From assembly GCA_963813075.1 (NCBI GenBank), contig CAWEXU010000018.1, positions 1 to 35,509 on the forward strand: a stretch of DNA of 35,509 nt. Reading direction: 5' to 3'. Both the position numbers and the translations under genes were made by a program. This stretch comes from Methanotrichaceae archaeon (GTDB lineage Archaea > Halobacteriota > Methanosarcinia > Methanotrichales > Methanotrichaceae). The notes beneath the pieces are model-generated. The model was given only the letters and a program-made list of their open reading frames with translations, was not told the origin of the DNA and did no database searches. Positions 19,779-29,132 of the stretch are shown here, in pieces (the stretch's first letter is position 1; the number at the start of each line of letters is the position of its first letter).

Positions 19779-21351
19779 ATGAGAATCCGCGTAATACTTG
19801 ATATACTGGGCTCATTGTTGATCTTGCTTGGTATATTGATGTTGATACCCGGTCTGGTTGCCGCAATTTATAGAGAGCCTCTCGGGGTGGCATCATTTGG
19901 TCTAGCATCTCTTGTTTCTATATCTTCTGGACAAATAATCAGGAATTACGGTCAGAAAGGAGAGGTGATGCACAGAGAGGCTTTTGTGATAGTCACCCTT
20001 GGTTGGCTCTTGGCTGCATTTTTTGGCGCTTTGCCTTTCATTTTCTCTGGTTTGGGTGTAATAGATTCCCTCTTCGAAACAATGTCTGGATTCACTACGA
20101 CAGGTGCTACCGTTCTGACTGAATACAATTCAGATGGATATTGGATCATAAACCGAACAGCGGTTGAAAGCAGTCTGGCCTATCAGCTTTTGAATTCATT
20201 ACTGGGACCATTGGCAAATTATAATCTGGGTTTTAGTGAACTGCAAACATCTGCATCCTTGGGAGGCACCTTTTATGGCCTCCTTTTCTGGAGATCTTTC
20301 ATTCAGCTACTTGGTGGTATGGGTATTATTCTTCTTTTTATAGCTATTTTGCCTCAACTGGGAGTTGCAGGCAGACAGCTGTATTATGTGGAAACCAGTC
20401 GAGAGGCATTGACCCCTAGAATTAAAAGTACTGCCAGATTATTTTGGGGCATATACTTGGGCTTTGTTGCAGCGGAGACCCTGTTGCTCTGGGCTGCAGG
20501 CATGCCCTTTTACGATTCAATTTGCACTTCTTTCACTACGGTATCAACGGCGGGTTTCTCTCCTTTGGCATCAGGCATAGCTGCCTATAACAGCATGATC
20601 ATTGAGTTGATTGTGGTAATTTTCATGATCATCGGGGCCACTAGCTTTTTTCTTCATTATCAGCTCATCCATAAAAGGAATGTGCATTGTTATCTGAAAG
20701 ATCCTGAGTTTTTATTTTATATGTTTTTATTATTTTTTGCCACGGCCATAATTGTTCTTTGGGGTGGGATAGAAGGCGATCTCCTTCACAGAATACGTTT
20801 TGCTGGCTTCCACGTAATCTCGATTTCAACAACCACCGGCTTTACAAACAATTTCGAATATGACCACTGGTCTTCTGCGGCTAATATGGTCCTAATCTTG
20901 CTCATGTTAATAGGTGGTTGCGCTGGTGCGACAGCTGGGGGTATCAAAGCTCTTCGCATACTTTTAGTACAGAAATATACACGGAGAGAACTGGTAAAAT
21001 TGCTCCACCCAAAAGCAGTGCAATCTGTTCGATTAGGGAACTTATCAGTCACCGAAGGCGTGCTAATTTCAGTTATATTCTTCACAGTTGTTTATCTTGC
21101 CATCTTCTTAATGTCAACATTAGCTCTATTAATAATCGAGTCTATTGATAAAGAGTTTGATGTTCTTTCTGCAATGTCTGCTGTGGCTACTTGCATGGGT
21201 GGTGTTGGGCCAGGTTTAGGAGATGTTGCGTTCGATTTCAGCAAGGTCACTCCTCTTGGAAAGTTGGTATCCTTTTTTTGCATGTATATCGGCCGACATG
21301 GAAATCATGCCTGTATTGCTATGGTTCCTGCCGGACTTTTGGAAGCGATAA
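19779..21351 (+). CDS. trkH: TrkH potassium uptake membrane protein; +1 insertion at 21298 masks the GRLE terminus
   Basis: Four pore motifs TTTGAT, STAGFS, TTTGFT and GGVGPG, plus 'GGCAGATAGGIK'. Removing A21298 restores GRLEIMPVLLWFLPDFWKR* (stop 21349-21351). Confidence 0.92.
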
Positions 21352-21354
21352 AAC

Positions 21355-21960
21355 GATAGAATCAGGAAGGCATCCAGCCACTCCTCCCGCAAAGATATCT
21401 GACTGGCGAACCTTGCTCCTTTCCAGGCTGTGAGGCCCATGTTCGGCTTGTCCGCATCTGCCCGCACGGAGATCAGCTCGGCTGCGGTGTGGCCGGTGAT
21501 GGCTAATGCAGCCTGTTTTTCACTGCCTGCGGCAAAGAAATCTGGGTGCTCTCTGGCGATTCGTCAAAATAGTCAGCTCCCAAGTCACGCTCCCCTTTGA
21601 GCCTTTGGTCGAATCCCTTGACGATATACTCCTGCAGCCGCTCCGTGGCCCAGCGGCGGAACTGCACCCCCCCGGTGCCTCTGCAGCTCATGAGGTGGTC
21701 GATGGCCGGGATAGCTCCAGGCTGAAGAAATGTGTCAATCACTCTACCCGGCGGATGCACCTGGTTTGAACTAATCGGAATTTCCGAACTGTTGCCTTGT
21801 ATATAGCTCCTTAGATGGTTTGGGATATGCTCATTTATGGTCTTGACAACCTGATAGAGCTCGACCAGCAGCAGCTGGTTAAGCCAACGGTGCCTTCTTG
21901 CAATTGGACCTGAATTCAAGATTTTCCATCCCCCGGTTTTTTTTTGAAATTTTATCCCTG
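21355..21960 (-). pseudogene. Decayed RhuM-family ('virulence protein') gene
   Basis: Fragments 'GDGKS*IQVQLQEGTV', 'WLNQ..ELYQ..TINEHI', 'QFRRWATERLQEYIVKGF', 'DYFDE', 'NRLH*', 'AITGHTAAELISVRADADKPNMGLTAWKG' and 'EWLDAFL', with internal stops and deletions. Confidence 0.8.
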
Positions 21961-22102
21961 TATCCTGGGTTGTGAATCGGTCGGTCCTTTCGGCTATGAG
22001 TGGTTTCAGTTTCCAATTCGAAGTTGTCAGACTCAATGAATTTCAAAATGAACTTGTGACAGATAGATATAAGTCTTCAATAGCGATATAAACCTGAGAA
22101 CG

Positions 22103-22348
22103 ATGAGCATCTTTGAGTGGGCAAACGACAGGATTGGCAGGATGACATGGGTGGATTTGGGGCTTACCAAGTTTGCGGTAGCCGCTTTTTCGCTGATGGT
22201 CGCAAAGCTCTGGCCGCCTTTGCTGAGCCTGGACTGGTACTGGTATGCATTGTTGTTCGTGCTGCTCGCTGCAATCCCACTTAAGAAATTTCTGTCGATT
22301 AGAACAACGGCCAGAACCACAATATCAATGGAACTGCCACCGCTGTGA
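22103..22348 (+). CDS. Small membrane protein (2 TM)
   Basis: Trp/Leu-rich 81-aa ORF with a TATA-like TATAAA ~15 nt upstream. Its 3' end overlaps the convergent permease by ~50 bp. Confidence 0.6.
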   Translation: MSIFEWANDRIGRMTWVDLGLTKFAVAAFSLMVAKLWPPLLSLDWYWYALLFVLLAAIPLKKFLSIRTTARTTISMELPPL

Positions 22349-24071
22349 CGATAATAGATAGCGGCAGGCCCATATGCCAGTAGTCGCCGAACCTGTAGCC
22401 TCCCGGCCCCATCACCAGGGTGTTGGACTGGTGGCCGATCGGGGTCAGGAAAGCGCATGAAGCGCCAATGGCTATCGTCATCAAAAAGGGATCGGGAGAC
22501 GCTCCGATGACCAGGGCACTGTCAAGGGCGATAGGAGCCATGAGGACGGCTGCCGCGGCATTGTTCACCACATTTGTGAGAATCATTGTCCAGACCAGCA
22601 GGACGGTCAAAATGACTGCTGCGGGATACTGGCCGAAGAGCTGGAGCAGATTCCCGGCGAGCATCTCCGCCCCTCCGCTGCTCTCCAGAGCCTGACTGAC
22701 GGGGATCATTGCTCCCAGGAGAACGATGATCGACCAGTCTATGCTCTCATAAGCCTCTTGCAGAGTCAGGATTCCAATCAGGACCATGATCGTTGCCGTG
22801 CCGACAAAAGCTATCTCCACGGGAAGCAGGCCTGAAGCTGAGATGATTATGGCAAGAGCAAAGATGACCAAAGGCAGAATCATATTTTTGGCCTGTCCCA
22901 GCTTCAGGTCTCGCTCTGCCAGAGGCAGGCAACCCAGCAACTCGGCAATTCCAGGCAATGAATCCGCTGAGCTCTGAATGAGCAGGACATCCCCCGGATG
23001 AAAGGTGATCTGGCTCAGACGCTTGAGGCTTTTGGAGTCGTGGCCTGCCAAAGCGATCAGATTGACTCCATAGCGCCCGCGCAATGAGATGCCGCTGGCA
23101 GATCTGCCCGCCAGGAGGGATTTGTTCATCACCACCACCTCCATCAGGTCGATCTTATCGGACTTGATCTCACCGATCTCCTTTGAGCCCACCAGCTCAA
23201 GCCTGGCGGATTTGAGCAGCTTATCCAGTTCATCGACGTTGGTTTTGATGATTAGAATATCGTCCGCCATCAGAGTCTCATCATCCTTTGGACCGGGCAT
23301 ACATCGCTGTTCCCTCCACAATCCCAGGGGCAGGATATCAAATCCCGCTGCCGACAAGACCTCCTGGATGTTCTTGCCCAAGGCTGTTGAGCCCTCGGGA
23401 ACTCTCACTTCGGTGTAGTAGTTCTCAACCTCAAAATCCTCTTCTTTCGAAGTCTGCCCCTGGCGTATGGGGGTCAGCTTCCATCCTATCAATGAGATGA
23501 AGGCCAACCCAGCGAGTGCCACACCCAGGCCGACAGGCATGAAATCGAACATGCTGAAGGGCTGGCCAAGGTTCTCTCTTCTGAAGGTTGAGATGATGAT
23601 GTTAGGAGGAGTGCCAATGAGGGTGGTCAGGCCTCCTAAAAGCGAGCCGAAGGCCAGGGTCATGAGGTAAAGGGACGGCGATCTGCCGCCGGCATGAGAT
23701 ATGCGGATGCCTACGGGCATGAGAAGGGCCAGGGCACCCACATTGTTCATGAATCCAGAGAGGAGGGCCACCAGACCGGTCAGGGAGAGCGCCTGAGAGG
23801 TGACGGATCGGTTCGGCTTGGAGATCCGACGGGAGATGAATTCGATCAGGTCCGATTCCTGAAAACAGCGGCTGATTATGAGCACAGCGGCCACGGTAAT
23901 GACAGCAGGATGGGCAAAGCCGGAAAAGGCCTGGCCCCAGGGGACGACTCCTGCAATGACCGCTGCGAGCAAGGCCATCATGGCAACCAGATCATAACGC
24001 CATCTCCCCCATATGAAAAGGGCAAAAGCTATGAATATGATAATAAAAACTGCTGCCTGATCCGAGTCCAT
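22299..24071 (-). CDS. SLC13/CitMHS-type (ArsB/NhaD superfamily) permease with two TrkA-C (RCK_C) domains
   Basis: 'SGFMNNVGA', 'GGLTTLIGTPPNII', 'TNVVNNAAAA' and 'FLTPIGHQSNTLVMGPGGYRFGDY', with a central soluble RCK_C pair. Confidence 0.92.
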   Translation of the reverse strand: MDSDQAAVFIIIFIAFALFIWGRWRYDLVAMMALLAAVIAGVVPWGQAFSGFAHPAVITVAAVLIISRCFQESDLIEFISRRISKPNRSVTSQALSLTGLVALLSGFMNNVGALALLMPVGIRISHAGGRSPSLYLMTLAFGSLLGGLTTLIGTPPNIIISTFRRENLGQPFSMFDFMPVGLGVALAGLAFISLIGWKLTPIRQGQTSKEEDFEVENYYTEVRVPEGSTALGKNIQEVLSAAGFDILPLGLWREQRCMPGPKDDETLMADDILIIKTNVDELDKLLKSARLELVGSKEIGEIKSDKIDLMEVVVMNKSLLAGRSASGISLRGRYGVNLIALAGHDSKSLKRLSQITFHPGDVLLIQSSADSLPGIAELLGCLPLAERDLKLGQAKNMILPLVIFALAIIISASGLLPVEIAFVGTATIMVLIGILTLQEAYESIDWSIIVLLGAMIPVSQALESSGGAEMLAGNLLQLFGQYPAAVILTVLLVWTMILTNVVNNAAAAVLMAPIALDSALVIGASPDPFLMTIAIGASCAFLTPIGHQSNTLVMGPGGYRFGDYWHMGLPLSIIVTAVAVPLILWFWPLF

Positions 24072-24099
24072 TGTCTATATAATAAGCATTCAGACGGAT

Positions 24100-24939
24100 T
24101 TATATTTTGGGCTTGACTGCACTCACCTTTATGCTCAGGACGGAATCCCTAACCTCCTTCTCCTGCTCGGGAGTGATCGCTGGATCCCTGGCAGCTGCAC
24201 ATCCAGAGCTCTCATAGATCAAAGATTCGACAGGAAATCTGGATTCAGCCACAACCCGAACATCTTTGAAGCCCACGTCCTTTATGATATTCAGGTACTC
24301 GTCCTTCATAATGGCACCAGCCAGACAGCCGATATAGGCTTCTGTGGAGTTCTTGACAAATTCCGGCAGCTCCCTGAGGAGCACGACATCAGAGACCGCG
24401 AGCCTTCCCCCAGGCTTTAACACCCGGAAAGCCTCTCTGAATGCCATCCTCTTGTTGGGAATGAGGTTGATCACGCAGTTGGAGATGACCACATCTACCA
24501 AGTTGTCAGCAACCGGCATGTTTTCCAGGTCACCTTGCCGGAAGTCTATGTTGGAGTATCCTCCCTTTCTGGAGTTGGCCCTGGCCTTCTCCACCATCTC
24601 CGAGGTGATGTCCACTCCAATCACCTTGCCCGATGGCCCTATCCTGCCAGATGCCAGAAAGCAGTCAAAGCCTGCCCCTGCGCCCATGTCCAAGACGATC
24701 TCTCCCTCGGATAATGAAGCCAGGGCAACCGGATTGCCGCAGCCCAGTCCCAGGTTTGACTCCGGCGGAGCTGCCTGGATCTCCTCATCGGTATAGCCCA
24801 TCCTCTTGCTCAGCTCCTCAGGAATATCAGCATCTCCTGAGCAACACCTTGAGGCATAGTCGGATGTAGCTTGCTTGGCTATGCGGGCGTAGCCTTCCTT
24901 AACCGCTCTTTTTATCTCTCTCTCTTTAATAGTCAACAT
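24100..24939 (-). CDS. arsM: Arsenite S-adenosylmethionine methyltransferase
   Basis: 'NLGLGCGNP', 'LDMGAGAGFDCF', 'ISNCVINL' and 'YIGCLAGA', plus an N-terminal CC; the conserved Cys set of ArsM. Confidence 0.92.
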   Translation of the reverse strand: MLTIKEREIKRAVKEGYARIAKQATSDYASRCCSGDADIPEELSKRMGYTDEEIQAAPPESNLGLGCGNPVALASLSEGEIVLDMGAGAGFDCFLASGRIGPSGKVIGVDITSEMVEKARANSRKGGYSNIDFRQGDLENMPVADNLVDVVISNCVINLIPNKRMAFREAFRVLKPGGRLAVSDVVLLRELPEFVKNSTEAYIGCLAGAIMKDEYLNIIKDVGFKDVRVVAESRFPVESLIYESSGCAAARDPAITPEQEKEVRDSVLSIKVSAVKPKI

Positions 24940-25021
24940 AAACCCCACCAATCCTCAAGTGTTTTATTTTGCACTCACGGGAAATTTATCTGGGTTGCTT
25001 GGTCGCAGCCCATATTAATGT

Positions 25022-25044
25022 TTTTTATAACGATAATTGTCGAT
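25022..25044 (-). promoter_or_regulatory. Candidate arsM promoter: TATA box abutting an imperfect palindrome
   Basis: Minus-strand TTATAAAA (25022-25029) directly preceded by AACGATAA|TTGTCGAT (25029-25044). Confidence 0.4.
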
Positions 25045-25100
25045 AGATAGCTGAAAATGGGCATGGATATGGATTCAATGTTTTATAAAATTCAGTATTT

Positions 25101-25670
25101 TCATAATCCCATATACCTTTTTTTGGCATTGCTATTGTTATCGATCGGCTTATAATCACCAATGTTCTTTATCAGGGCCTGATGTCTCATCCACAGGGTG
25201 ATGATGACTGCCAGGGACATGACCAGCCAGACCGCAAACCACAGCTTGATGTAGTGCTCAGTCCAGTTCTGCTGGGATCGAATAAAAGCAGCGGCGCCAA
25301 GGGTTACAATCACCGAGAAGAACATGTTGGCGGATGGAGCCAGACTATCTCTGTAGGAGGTGCAGAAGCGTTCCCATTCCTGCTCTGCCTTTCCTGCTAG
25401 AGAGACGGGATGTCTCCCCAGGAATACTCCTATGCGCTTGATTCTGGAGTCCGCGGACATGATATACAGATCGTAGCTTATCGCCACTAAAGGGACGAAG
25501 TAGATGAGCCAGAAGATCTTGGCAATCTCAATTTTGAGATCTACTGAGCTTACCCCAAAGAGGACGGTGATAAAAGCCAGCTTCATGGTGATTAGCTTTG
25601 CGCGCTCATTCTGAGTTCGGATCTTCTCCTCATGAAGGGCACGCAAGAACTCTTGATCATTATCTTCCAT
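25101..25670 (-). CDS. Hypothetical membrane protein (~4 TM)
   Basis: 189-aa ORF with GGAG RBS upstream and four hydrophobic segments. Confidence 0.7.
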   Translation of the reverse strand: MEDNDQEFLRALHEEKIRTQNERAKLITMKLAFITVLFGVSSVDLKIEIAKIFWLIYFVPLVAISYDLYIMSADSRIKRIGVFLGRHPVSLAGKAEQEWERFCTSYRDSLAPSANMFFSVIVTLGAAAFIRSQQNWTEHYIKLWFAVWLVMSLAVIITLWMRHQALIKNIGDYKPIDNNSNAKKRYMGL

Positions 25671-25831
25671 TTTGGCTACTCCATTATCTGATATGTATTC
25701 ATTATATTAATAACTTTTGTATGTTATCTATAATGTCAATCTCGTTCCACATCGATACCAAACGGCTTAAATTAAAATTAGAAACTGCTGGCAATTTCAG
25801 CTTAAGAATGAATTGACTGAACGAAAAAAGA

Positions 25832-26597
25832 TTAATCGCTCTTTTCTCTGAACTGCCTTTCCAGATGATCCTGAATCTCCTGCACCGCCCCGGCTAAAGT
25901 CTTCTGGTTGTCGTACTCATTCAATATCCTCTCCAGATCCGGGCGCGGCCTTATTCGAGATCTCTCTTATCTCTTCCGTTAGCTGGGGCACCGCCCGGAG
26001 GATGTTGTCCACAATGCTCACGGTTGCTTTTCGTGCCGTGCGGGAGAGTGGGTTCAGGTCGATGGCAATGACCTTCTTTCCCATGGCCAGCAGGGCCTCG
26101 CAGCGGTCGCCGTCCTCCAGGGGGATGAGCACCACATCGGCATCGTATATCCCGCCGCGGGTGGCCAGAGCGCGAGCATGATCAAGGCCGGGCACCGAGA
26201 TGTCCGGCCTCTCGCCTAAAACATCTCCTGCCCCCTTCTCCCGCAGCAGATCGGCGATCTTTTTCACCCTTTCCTCGCTGCGGTGAAAGAGGTTCACCTC
26301 CAGGGGAATTCCCAGGGCTTCAGCCAGGGCCACCATCTCCTCCGGGACGAGAGCGGCCACATTGCCGTTGACAGATAGTGCAGGACGCTCTGCTGAGAGC
26401 AGAAGCGCCGCTGCCGCCCGGATCGCCGCTGCGGCGGAAGGCGTCGTCCTCTCCCCCAGGAGATAGTCGAAGCATTCTCCTCTGCCCTGGGCGATCAGCC
26501 CCTGGGTGCTGGTAATTCCGTTCTTCACGCCTTGTGCCACGCGCTCCCGCGCCACCAGGGAAGCATATCTGGGATGGGATTTGGGAATTTCAGTCAA
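25832..26597 (-). CDS. pps: 4-phosphopantoate--beta-alanine ligase (phosphopantothenate synthetase); +1 frameshift at ~25949
   Basis: TTG start behind a GAGGTG RBS (MTEIPKSHPRY). Motifs 'GRGECFDYLLGE', 'SVNGN', 'PLEDGDR' and 'IDLNPLSRT'. The corrected tail PRPDLERILNEYDNQKTL...EKSD* ends at 25832. Confidence 0.9.
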
Positions 26598-27476
26598 GAT
26601 TAGCACCTCTCTGAGAGATGAAAGTAGTATAGACCTGGGCCTGAAGCCCTGTAGGGCCTCAGCTCCTCCGAAGGCATAGACCGCGTCTCCGAGCATTATC
26701 ATGCTGGCCATTCCTCCTTCTGCCTCCACCGCTTCGATCGCATCCAGGGCCCAGCTGCTGGCAAGCCCCGTCTGGACGGTGAAACGACGGGAGAGGCGCA
26801 TGAACTCCTCCAATGTGGGCCTCTTTAACAGCTCCTTCAGGGCAGCCCGGCCGGACTCATTTATGGATGACATGACGCTCTGGTCGGAGAGCACCTCCCG
26901 GGTGGAGATCGGCCCCCGGACCACGCAGTGAACCGGAATGGGGGGAACGGGTATTCGATCGATTCTGCCGATGCCCGGCGCTCCCGGCTCCAGGCGGATC
27001 ACCAGGCCGCCGCTGTTCTGGGCGATGACGTCCCCAAGACCGGTGCGATTGACCACCTCGGCCATATGGGCTACTGAGGCCGCCTGGTCGGCGGTGAGTC
27101 CCAGGTCGAAGTGGCGGTTTAGGGCATAAGCACAGCCTAAAGCCCCGGCCCCGCTGGCCCCGAATCCGGAGCCAAAGGGCATATTCATATCGGTCCTCAC
27201 CCGGACAGGGCTTTTTGCCAGCCTCTCGACCACAAACCTGGAGACGGGAGCCTCTGACGCAGATCCATTGAGAATGATCTCTGAATCCTCGATATCGAGA
27301 AATGATTCTATGATGGTCGTGGCACCGGGGGAAAGACAGAGGCCGCAGCCGATAGAGCCGGACTGCAGCGGATCCTCCTCACGCCTGGCAGCGAAAAAGC
27401 CGGTGATATGGGATGGGACCCAGGCTCTGGTCTGCCCAGGATTCTGATTCAATCCATTCACTGGATTCATACTCAT
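26590..27476 (-). CDS. pok: Pantoate kinase (GHMP family); frameshift at ~26640 creates an apparent fusion to PPS
   Basis: 'VPSHITGFF', 'GSGFGASGAG' and 'TGLGDV'. The alternative frame gives a natural end QVYTTFISQRGANLD* (TGA 26590-26592). Confidence 0.9.
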
Positions 27477-28669
27477 AGGATCTCCGCCAGAGAGTCGATG
27501 ATCTTTGTCGCAATCAGGCTCTTCTTTCCCTGGACCTCGCTGTAGCTGCCGGACCGGCTCAATATCAGCACCCGGTTATCATCCGTGCCCATGCCTCCGC
27601 GGGAGACGTCGTTGGCCACCACCAGGTCCAGCTCCGCGCCCTGCAGGGATGCCCGTGCTCTGGCCAGAAGCTCCTCGTCGCCGGTATCGGTCTCGGCCTT
27701 GAAGCCCACGATCTTCAGATCAGGGTAGGCCTCTCGCACCGTCTTGATTATCTTCCTGGTGGGCTTGAGCGAGAGCCTCAATTCCAGGCCGGACTTGATC
27801 TTCTCCTCGCTCGGATCGATGGTATAGTCCGCCACCGCTGCAGCGCTGATCAGGGCGTCGCAGCCCTTCTTGAGCTCTGCCATGACCGCATCCAGCATCT
27901 GGGCAGCGCTCTCGGCATAGACCTGGTGCACGGGCAGGTCCTGGATGAAGCGGTGGACCAGTGTCACCTCAGCCCCCCGCCTTCTGGCCTCCAGGGCCAG
28001 GGCGACGCCCGTCTTTCCCGAGGCCCGGTTGGTGAGGATTCTGATGGGGTCGATGGACTCGGCATTCGAGCCGCTGGTGATCAGGATTCTCTTCCCTTCA
28101 AGGTCGGCCGGGCCCAGCAGTCTTTCCACCTCCTGCACCACCCGCAGGTTGTCGGCGATCTTGGCCTTGCCCTCCTCGATTCGCGGGTCGATGAGGGCCA
28201 CGCCCATTTCCCTCAGGATTTGCAGATTGCGGATGACTGCAGGATGGCAGTACATGGCCTCATGCATGGCGGGGACCACTGCCACCGGCTTGCCACTTCC
28301 AAGAGCGGTGGTGGCAAAGGTGGTCACCGGAGTGTCATCGATGCCATTGGCAATTTTTCCGATGGTGTTGGCGGTGGCCGGCGCGACCAGGAAGAGGTCC
28401 GCCTCTCCCCCCACGCCGCAGAACTGGACGTGCTCCACCCGGCCGGTGATCTCGGCTATCACCGGATGAGTTGAGGCATACTCCAGGGCATAGGGATGCA
28501 GTATCTGCTCGGCGGCATGGCTCATGGTGCAGTGAACCTCTGCCCCGCGGCGGATGAGGTCGCGAATGAGGTCTACCACCCGGACGGCGGCGATGCTGCC
28601 TGTCACTCCCACCACTATCGTCTTTCCGGATAGGGTCTCGCTTACCGAGGCTGAGATATCAGAGGGCAT
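27473..28669 (-). CDS. coaBC: Bifunctional phosphopantothenoylcysteine decarboxylase/synthetase
   Basis: 'GVTGSIAA', 'APATANTIGK', 'PAMHEAM', 'IDPIRILTNRASGKTG', 'AAVADY', 'VGFKAET' and 'VAND'. Confidence 0.96.
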   Translation of the reverse strand: MPSDISASVSETLSGKTIVVGVTGSIAAVRVVDLIRDLIRRGAEVHCTMSHAAEQILHPYALEYASTHPVIAEITGRVEHVQFCGVGGEADLFLVAPATANTIGKIANGIDDTPVTTFATTALGSGKPVAVVPAMHEAMYCHPAVIRNLQILREMGVALIDPRIEEGKAKIADNLRVVQEVERLLGPADLEGKRILITSGSNAESIDPIRILTNRASGKTGVALALEARRRGAEVTLVHRFIQDLPVHQVYAESAAQMLDAVMAELKKGCDALISAAAVADYTIDPSEEKIKSGLELRLSLKPTRKIIKTVREAYPDLKIVGFKAETDTGDEELLARARASLQGAELDLVVANDVSRGGMGTDDNRVLILSRSGSYSEVQGKKSLIATKIIDSLAEIL

Positions 28670-28732
28670 ACCCGTCCCTTTTGCACTGTGAGCTTTTAAA
28701 GGATGCCACCTCCCCCGCAGGGGGTTAAGCAC

Positions 28733-28744
28733 AAACCTTAATTA
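28733..28744 (+). promoter_or_regulatory. BRE/TATA promoter of the tRNA gene
   Basis: AAAC-CTTAATTA ending ~27 nt upstream of the tRNA 5' end. Confidence 0.5.
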
Positions 28745-28770
28745 GCTATTCACCCGAGGGACTATGCCGT

Positions 28771-28872
28771 GCCGGGGTGGCCTAGCTGGTTAGGGCGCGA
28801 GACTCATAGGGTAATTGCGAAGAACGCGCCTGAGTCATCTCGAAGTCGCGGGCTCGAATCCCGCCCCCGGCA
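28771..28872 (+). tRNA. tRNA-Met(CAT), elongator type, with a 28-nt intron (28809-28836) at position 37/38
   Basis: Acceptor GCCGGGG/CCCCGGC-A. Anticodon arm CGAGA-CTCATA^A-TCTCG. Canonical bulge-helix-bulge (CTCA/TGAG helix, TAG and TCA bulges). Confidence 0.95.
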
Positions 28873-29132
28873 CCTTATTCTTGGCGATTAAAAATAATTC
28901 CATAATCGGCTCGACTGTTAGGCATAAACAGTATTCGCATTAATGAGTATTAACTTGTATCTCTTATTGTCGAACAGCCACAAGATTTATATTCGTTGAC
29001 TGCCGTAATACGGCAAATGCCGTAGTTCAGTATTGGTGGTTTGGAGTGGGAGACAGCCTGAAGAAAGGCTGACTTAATGCGATTAGATCCTTTTCTGTCA
29101 ATGGAGTGGGGTCTATTAAGGAGCGCGATTCG

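Noticed and set aside
25917..27476. Apparent 519-aa pantoate kinase-phosphopantothenate synthetase fusion
   Set aside because: A shifted frame at ~26640 gives a natural PoK ending (...ISQRGANLD*), and PPS has its own GAGGTG RBS and TTG start at 26597. Given the many indel errors, the fusion is most likely an artifact.
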